A DNA stretch of 55,565 nucleotides, the filler included, from Porpidia crustulata (lineage: Eukaryota): the NCBI GenBank assembly GCA_964255105.1. It is 3 parts of 3 records of this genome, joined end to end, with 100 filler letters (N's around TTAATTAATTAA, not from the genome) between each part and the next. Parts side by side here need not be neighbours in the genome. Positions count along the whole stretch, not along the records: positions 37,166 to 55,565 come from CAXUWE010000181.1; 2 more parts are not named here. The stretch is one strand, 5' to 3'. Made by a program: the position numbers and the translations under genes. The notes beneath the pieces are model-generated. The model had not been told where the DNA came from. It saw nothing but the letters and a program-made list of their open reading frames with translations, and searched no databases. Shown piece by piece: positions 48,785 to 55,565 of the stretch (position 1 is the stretch's first letter; every line of letters begins with the position of its first letter).

Positions 48785-50697
48785 ATGTTTTTATTTCTTC
48801 TGCTTGCCAATGTATGGCAAGGTGGCGCATGGCCAATATCGCATAGTTCTGGCGATGAATTCCCGTCATCTCCTCTTGCAAGTATACCGAGCTCGAAGCA
48901 ACTAAAGCGAGGGAACTCAACTGCACCCACAATATCTTAGCAATCTGAGCCACAAGTCCATAGAACATCTCAAATCTTAACAAGCTATGTTATTACATTA
49001 TCATTGTGTGTTTGGACAGCAATTCATCTGAATATCGTACGTTCCACAATACATATACAATAAGACGATGATGGCTAATCCATATACCATAGCCAAGACA
49101 ACATACCTCAGCCGTGAGGCATTACTTGAGAAAAACAAGATGGTTATTGACGGGTCTTTTTGCTCCTGAAATGATTGTTTATGCAGCATGGAGTCAATAC
49201 AAATCAGCCTCTCTTTTGACAAAAGCCATGAATGATTTGTTTGAGGAGACTCAGCAGCCGCGCAAGCATACATGGAGCACTGTGCATAGCTTCTATGCCT
49301 GTATGGGTGGATTCGTCATGGATACTGCCAGTCCTTCCGTGGAAATTTACACTCGAGACTCGCCTCGTCTGGCATTAGGATGTCGAGGCGTGCTTTTTGT
49401 TGCCAGACATGGAGGGCATATCCCAGACATATCGAAAGCAGATATCTTCGACCGGAGTAAAGCAGATAACGTGGGGAAATGCTTAGTGTGTCTCCAAGCT
49501 GGTTGGGCGATTATCCAATGCGTCAGCCGTCTCGTATGCCACTTACCGTTGACCTTGCTCGAAATCAACACACTTGGCCATGTCCTGTGTGCCTTTCTCA
49601 TGTATTTGTTCTGGCTTAAGAAACCGCTGGAGGTCAATGAGCCAATGGTAATAACCGGAGAATGGACCCACCCTATGTGTGCGTGGCTAGTAATGAGCGA
49701 TTCTCTCGATTCTGGTACAATCAAACGGAGTATCGAATTGTCAGGCCTGTACGTGTATCCAAGTAACACGAGGGAAGTGCCTTCTTCGACGGGATGGTCT
49801 CCAGAGCTTGAGTTGGACTTGACATGTCTCGCCATTGAGCGCACAGCTGAGACCAATGTAGACGCAACGGTCTCAGAAACAGTTTGTGAGAATACGGTTC
49901 TCAAAGTTGATGAACAAGTCCAAACTTTTGCGAAAAATCCGGATCCTTCGCTCGTGTGCTTGAAAGACAACGAGGTACTGAGTGGTACGGTGTTCGGGCT
50001 TCGACCGAATTTCGAGGCGAGGGAAGGCAGCATTGTAAAAAGCGATTTACGAACGCGTATACTTAGCCTAGATCGGGCCGCTATCACAAGATGGCGACTG
50101 GCCTCGGTTTTCATCTCTGAACATCCCAGCATTCTTACAGGAGTTGACTGAATGCAAGACCCATCAGAAGGGCCTTTGATACTCGATGAGTTTGAGTTCT
50201 CAGGCCTCGTAATGCTGGAGGTACCAGACTGGCCCGGCCTCGATCAATTGTCTGAACATACAACTTCGACTGTTGCAAAACTGTGTGCAGCGACGACCTT
50301 ATACGGCGGCATCCATGTAGGAGCCTGGAATTCGGTCTTTCCCACTGCGAGCGAGTGCCTGGGTTGGAGAATGTCCGCTGGGTTCATCACTGGCTCTGGT
50401 CTGGCGGTCAGCATCGTTGCATTGATGAGACACTGGAAAAATCAGCAAAACGGGAAAGATGCGGTTAGAAGTTTCAGTCATCGGTATCTGTCGATGAGCC
50501 CGAGAACACAACATGCGATGATGACCGGATTCAGGGAATTTGTTTTCTGTGCCCATAACTTGATGATTGTGGGTATTGTTCCGACATTTATTGTGGCACG
50601 GCTCTACCTCGTTGCGGAAGCGTTCATGAGTCTGCGCAGTCTACCCATTGAGGCGTATCAAACACCTGCTTGGACGCAGTGGATACCTGCCCTTTGA
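48785..50697 (+). pseudogene. Probable pseudogene of a fungal multi-pass membrane protein family (..CVWTAIHLNIP..APE..FYACMGGF..DRSKAD..LTLLEI..WLKKP..ARLYLVAEAF.SLRSLP..AY.T..W..IP)
   Basis: One reading frame from ATG 48785, through one intron after HLNI, to TGA 50697, broken by in-frame TAG 48938-48940 and TGA 50149-50151. Confidence 0.78.
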
Positions 50698-52637
50698 TTC
50701 TACCTTCCAAGGTTATCTAGTAGCCTACCATGGTTCCGCAAACCTATCAAGGACCGATGGCGAACGCGGTTGATTTACTTGACCTGATACAATACAACTT
50801 TCCATAGACACTGCTTTCAATCGACTCCCCGGCCAGCAAGAGCACAGACGGAATTCCAACAGTAGTTTGCCTCCAAGGGGTAGCGACTACAGATGTCAGG
50901 TATTTTACGGAGTGGAATACATATCAGGAGTTCCTTTTTCTAGATATTGGGCAGCCGACTGTTGGAGACCATTGATGATCACACGTCAGCACCGCCTCAA
51001 CCAATTGTGACAGGCTGAACGGTCTCTGATGGCCTTTAAATCCTCGGAATCACGACTTGTACCTCCACATTTCCTGCCAGTCTAGCGAGGTATTTGAGCT
51101 CGAAATTCGCTCGAAATGCAGTTCCTAATACAATGTTATAGACATGCTGTGTGCACAATAGGCCTGTTACGTGATCCACGGCAGAAAGCACATATCTAAT
51201 CATCATCCTACCAAGTTCCTGAAAATCCTTTATCAAATCGAAAGAATCTACCCCCCCTGCACCGCTAGATGGCATGGGCATAAGAACTGTCCTGAAAACA
51301 GTCTACGTGTGTCGTCTCCTCAACCAAATACTAGAGAAATGTTAAAGCGATCACGAATGATGAAGGAAGGACGTAGAGACTCGTGCGGGTAAAGAATTGG
51401 AATGGTGAAGAACAATCTTTCTAAAAATCCATTGGAAATGTACAGATGTGCAAGACATGTCTGCTAAGACTCTAGGCCGAATTAGCGCTGAATTTGGGCC
51501 TCTGATTGGGCGCGGGGGCCAGCCCCATGCGATCTGGGACCACCCTAATAATCGTCTTTAAGCACACTAATCGCAATCTACACATATAGCATGCAGAATC
51601 GTCGATACGGCGCAAGGATCATCGTAGCTTTATGGCCGCCTGCAGCACAGCAAACATGCCGTCATTTCCATTATCACTCTGAGAAGCGAGAACTTGACGA
51701 CCCCTGGAAAGTGGAAGCGATCAACATACACAAAGTCATATTCAATCCCAGTGCCACGGAAAGTGTAGCGTCCGAAGCATCTGAGAGTGGCCAACACGTG
51801 TAAACAAAGATGATGGCTATCGATTGCGCTGCGCCCTAGTGTGTGCCCCATCCCCGGATCTGTCGAATGTGGATCGACTTGGATTTTGGGCGTAATCGGC
51901 CGTATTCTTTCCAGACCCAGTTAGAGACAGGCGCAATCTGGCATCATGGCGTGGTACTTTAGTGGAATGTCAATGTGTGAATCGGGCTGTCGTCAGATCT
52001 AAGGGTCTCGCTGTTCAAAATACATGTCTCAGTGTCGATTCCTACAACACCTACTGAATGGGTGTATATTGACAGACATTTCCAATTACTAATTACTCCT
52101 TCTCAGACTGTCAGTGTATGATTTGCAAGGCTTTTATATCTTATGACGAGTAAAATTGGGCACTTCCGAGGACCAAAACTACCCTCACCACCATCCACAC
52201 ATCACCATTTACCAGTACCATATAATTTGACATGAGCAGGGATTTGCGGGGGCATAACCGACAATATCCTTGCGATCCGCCCATTCGGTAGCCGAGGAAG
52301 ATGCAATGGTTACCTGACTTTAAACAACCACCGTAATGAAGTACCTAAGCAGTAGTGTTGAGCCTGATAGTACAATGCTACGAGTCTATCATCATACTAC
52401 GTAGACCCCGAAGCCCCAGCCTTTGACTGCGCTTCATGCGCGCCTTTCCTGTTGCATTCTTTCTCATTGGTCCCTTCCTTTTTCATGAGACATCTTCTCA
52501 CCGACGACAACGCATGAATGTTTGATGTTGCGTGTTTGCTACAAGCACCGTGCCGCTTGATACCGGTGGGGTCTTCTGACTGCTCCCTCTCCTCGCTCAT
52601 CGCAGTCTCTTCCTCTCACTCTCTCACTCTCTTCAGC

Positions 52638-54437
52638 ATGCCGAACAAATACTCCCATGCGCTCGTTCTCTCTCACTACGAGGCACGAGGTCTTGTTGAC
52701 TTTTACAATCACCCCAATCGACAGACTCCAACGACTTCTCCCGTCTCGGTGGATAGAACCCATTTTGAGCATCGCCAGCAAACTCCTCGAGTCACAAGGT
52801 ACACGCCTGCCCCTCCTCCAGTGACCAATACTCCTCCGATCACAACCTCGACACGACAACCATCGATAGCCTCGAAACCTACAACGCCAGTCATCGCTGC
52901 ACCCCGCACCGTCTTCGACGATTCTCCCCCATCTACCCCGGAGCCACCCCGCTACAGCATCGCTCGGAGATATGCTCCCTCCACAACCCGACGTTCCCGC
53001 CGTTCGTCCCTCGATTGGGAGCCTCGCCTCCCAAGCAGGACAACTCCGCCTGCTACGTCTCGAGGCTACAGACACATCGAATCAGATCCATTGGCTCCGC
53101 CCCGCTTGCCTCCCGACCACAAATCTATTCCTCCAATCACCACAACTCATCCACAGCCATTAGGCTTGAAAGAGCTATCCCAAAATACCATAAGACCGTT
53201 CAAAGTATCTTTGGAACATGTGGAGGTTAGTCCAACGACAAAGACGGCACCCCATTCACTGGGATTGAAAGAGCTGCACCAGAATACCATAAAACCATTC
53301 CAAGTATCTTTGGAACATGTGGAGGCTGGTCCAACGACCAAACCGGCACCCCGTTCACTGGGATTAAAAGAACTTCTGAGAGGCATACAGGCGCCACACC
53401 GTGTATCCTTGGATTCAAATGATGCTCGTCCAAGCATTTCGAATTTGTTTGCACCACGTCCTCGAACTGCTGGTGCTACTGAAACATCTACATCGCCAAT
53501 ACCATCCCGTCCACAGACTCTCACCCCTGCTCTGTCGTCCCAATCTAGCCGCTCATCCCATTGTACTACCGACTCAATAGTAACACAAATCTACGCTCCA
53601 GAATCCATATCTCAACCACCAACTCCGCCGCGGTCATCGGCCTCCTTTGAAACGGCAATATTCGCTCCTCCAGCCTCTCCGTCCAAGAGTTTACCACATC
53701 ACGAACCTCCAGCTATACCTCCTCGATCATCGTCCATCCCTAGGCCACGCAGTTCGTCAGCTCATCATCCTGACTTTGACGCATTCAGCAGTACCAATTC
53801 CCCAACTATGAGCTCACCAAATTCGACATTCACAAATTCATCCTCTTTTCACCAAACTCCTCGCACATCCTACTCTCGCATTACGCCTTCACTTCCTTCG
53901 AAATCCCCTGAGCGCGAATTCGACTTTCATCCTGACAAAGCTTCTGCGATTAATCCGGAGGTTGTCCCGTTTTCTCACGAGCCTGGCGAGCCGTGGGGCG
54001 CTCTTGAAGAGCTCCCGGCCATATTTCGTGTATCGATGGATTCGGAGCAGTATACCTTGGACGTACCGTCTACTCGCAGTTCCTCCTTTGACGAAGCCGC
54101 CCCACCCCCTATAACCCGAACGCCTCGCACCAAGGGCCTCAATCCCACAACAACTAAAAAGCCACGTAGAATGTCCCTCACCCTATTCAGGCCTGATTGT
54201 GAAGCCATCTTGTACGATCAGACAACTTCCGGACCCGCGCCGATCCCCATTACCACGGTCAAAGATGCAAGAATCCAGGAGAATAGTGCTGTGATGATTG
54301 ACAAGGAGTACGGGAAGAAAACCGGGAAGAGGACGAGTTGGGGCTTAATGGGTCGAGTCAGCGCCGTGAGAGATCCGTTCGAGGATAAGAGGCGAGGAAG
54401 AGGATTCAGTCGGGCTGTTGGGACGGGGTTCATGTAG
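52638..54437 (+). CDS. Pro/Ser/Thr-rich, probably disordered protein of unknown function with three 33-aa repeats
   Basis: About 600-codon uninterrupted ORF; codon-periodic internal repeats; no recognisable folded domain. Confidence 0.7.
   Translation: MPNKYSHALVLSHYEARGLVDFYNHPNRQTPTTSPVSVDRTHFEHRQQTPRVTRYTPAPPPVTNTPPITTSTRQPSIASKPTTPVIAAPRTVFDDSPPSTPEPPRYSIARRYAPSTTRRSRRSSLDWEPRLPSRTTPPATSRGYRHIESDPLAPPRLPPDHKSIPPITTTHPQPLGLKELSQNTIRPFKVSLEHVEVSPTTKTAPHSLGLKELHQNTIKPFQVSLEHVEAGPTTKPAPRSLGLKELLRGIQAPHRVSLDSNDARPSISNLFAPRPRTAGATETSTSPIPSRPQTLTPALSSQSSRSSHCTTDSIVTQIYAPESISQPPTPPRSSASFETAIFAPPASPSKSLPHHEPPAIPPRSSSIPRPRSSSAHHPDFDAFSSTNSPTMSSPNSTFTNSSSFHQTPRTSYSRITPSLPSKSPEREFDFHPDKASAINPEVVPFSHEPGEPWGALEELPAIFRVSMDSEQYTLDVPSTRSSSFDEAAPPPITRTPRTKGLNPTTTKKPRRMSLTLFRPDCEAILYDQTTSGPAPIPITTVKDARIQENSAVMIDKEYGKKTGKRTSWGLMGRVSAVRDPFEDKRRGRGFSRAVGTGFM
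53160..53420 (+). repeat. 99-bp coding tandem repeat (LGLKEL...VSL[E/D])
   Basis: LGLKEL starts at 53160, 53259 and 53358 (99-nt period); the first two units are highly similar. Confidence 0.85.
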
Positions 54438-55192
54438 GTTCTGATGCGGAAGAATTGCCATTGGGGTGGTCATGAGTCCTAGATGAGTATGGAAAAAGAG
54501 GACATGGTTATGGATTCATCGTTATGGAAAAGTATTTACGAGGCTAATACCCTGGAATTATGAACATTGATGGAAGGTGTAACGTTTGGGAGTCCGGTAT
54601 TCGCGAGGAGATAATAGATTGTAGGGTTTTGATAGTAGTGATACCTTGAATGTATCTATGGCTAGCTGCAACTATCTATCAGGAGTATGGCCATCAGCAC
54701 TGAGTTGAAGTATAACAATTTTCCATTGTTCGGGGCATCGGACAAGCCCAACAGTCATTATTAGCATTCTACACCAATTGAATAATCAAAACTTTGATAG
54801 AAGCATCAAATCGATTTATTCTTCAAGAAGTATTCGCTATCTCTATCACACTTTTGTACGTTTTAGTTATCCTGACTGCGAAATCGTAACAAAATTAAGA
54901 CTTGCTGTCGTCGGAATTAGCATCGCGGAAGCACTGCAAACAGGCATAAAATGCCAGAAGAGCATTGACTGGTCACTGAGAAGCTTTTTCTTAGAAGGGA
55001 TGAGCGGCGGTGTAGTTATATTGTGATGCGTTGACGGTGCAAATGGTTATAGATTGAAGTCTTCTCAGCCATAGCGCGCCTTACCGGGCTGACGAATTCC
55101 TAATATCCACTCCTAACATCCACATACAACCCAAAGCTCCCTACCCACCACGTAAGAGTGAGGGTCATCCCCTCACACACCCATCTCCAACA

Positions 55193-55565
55193 ATGCAAAA
55201 ACTTCTCCGCCGCACCGCCCAAGCCAAAGCCCAAGCATCCCGCCGCGCAAAGGCACTAGCTACCAAAACCCGCTCAGCAGAACGCAAAGTCCGGCACGCC
55301 CGCGCCAACGCGTTCATCAGCGCCGCCCGGGGCGACATCAATTCCGCCCGCCAAGCCCGGCGTGAGGACTACCTCCTCGGTCCTCTGGCGCCGCGGCGAG
55401 ATGTCGGGGCCAAGCAGGATACGTACGGGACGATGGACGAGAAGCGATTGAGGAGTCCGTCGTTGCAAGGGATTGGGATGGAAAAGAGGCAGAAGGAGGA
55501 GTGGACGGGGATTCGACAGGGGGATCGGGTGGGGGTTACGAAGAAGGGGGAGAAGGATTATGGGG
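55193..55565 (+). CDS. MRPL40: Mitochondrial ribosomal protein uL24m (KOW; YmL40-like), 5' part, runs off the window
   Basis: MQKLLRRTAQAKAQASRR..ARREDYLLGPLAPRRDVG..YGT..IRQGDRV.V..G..D.G; open to the window end. Confidence 0.8.
   Translation, partial: MQKLLRRTAQAKAQASRRAKALATKTRSAERKVRHARANAFISAARGDINSARQARREDYLLGPLAPRRDVGAKQDTYGTMDEKRLRSPSLQGIGMEKRQKEEWTGIRQGDRVGVTKKGEKDYG

Noticed and set aside
49347..50132. 261-aa antisense ORF
   Set aside because: Shadow of the plus-strand membrane-protein frame; no motifs of its own.
50700..52600. Short ORFs between the pseudogene and the disordered-protein gene
   Set aside because: No recognisable domains, repeats or tRNA/rRNA signatures.

Overview
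Intron-containing genomic DNA of a filamentous ascomycete (Pezizomycotina-type gene set, mostly ~50-60 nt GT-AG introns with CTAAC/CTGAC branch sites). The window is three contigs joined by two artificial 100-nt spacers (N44-TTAATTAATTAA-N44 at 18489-18588 and 37066-37165), so adjacency across the spacers is not biological evidence. Contig 1 holds Nup57, NDUFA8, an EDC4/Pdc1-like protein, a compact three-gene module and a UBL-WLM (Wss1-type) protease. Contig 2 is dense with housekeeping genes: a SET methyltransferase, a ketopantoate-reductase-like gene, C1D/Lrp1, Mix17, UBX, Shy1, CENP-T, Cms1, a CFEM protein, a Nop6-like gene and RacA. It also carries miniature TA-flanked inverted-repeat elements. 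Contig 3 holds Cia1, an MHYT protein, an Rtt106-like gene, DeoC, a membrane-protein pseudogene, a disordered repeat protein and the 5' part of mitochondrial uL24. The main highlight is the three-gene module at 9749-16531: an NLR (alpha/beta-hydrolase + NB-ARC + TPR) whose hydrolase nucleophile is replaced by Gly, a divergently transcribed CYP52-clan P450, and a stand-alone paralogous hydrolase with an intact nucleophile. It may be an immune or lipid-signalling system. The second highlight is three different miniature inverted-repeat elements that each carry a telomere-type (CCCTAA)2 motif and sit upstream of genes. All gene models were spliced by eye, and family calls come from motif recognition, not database searches.
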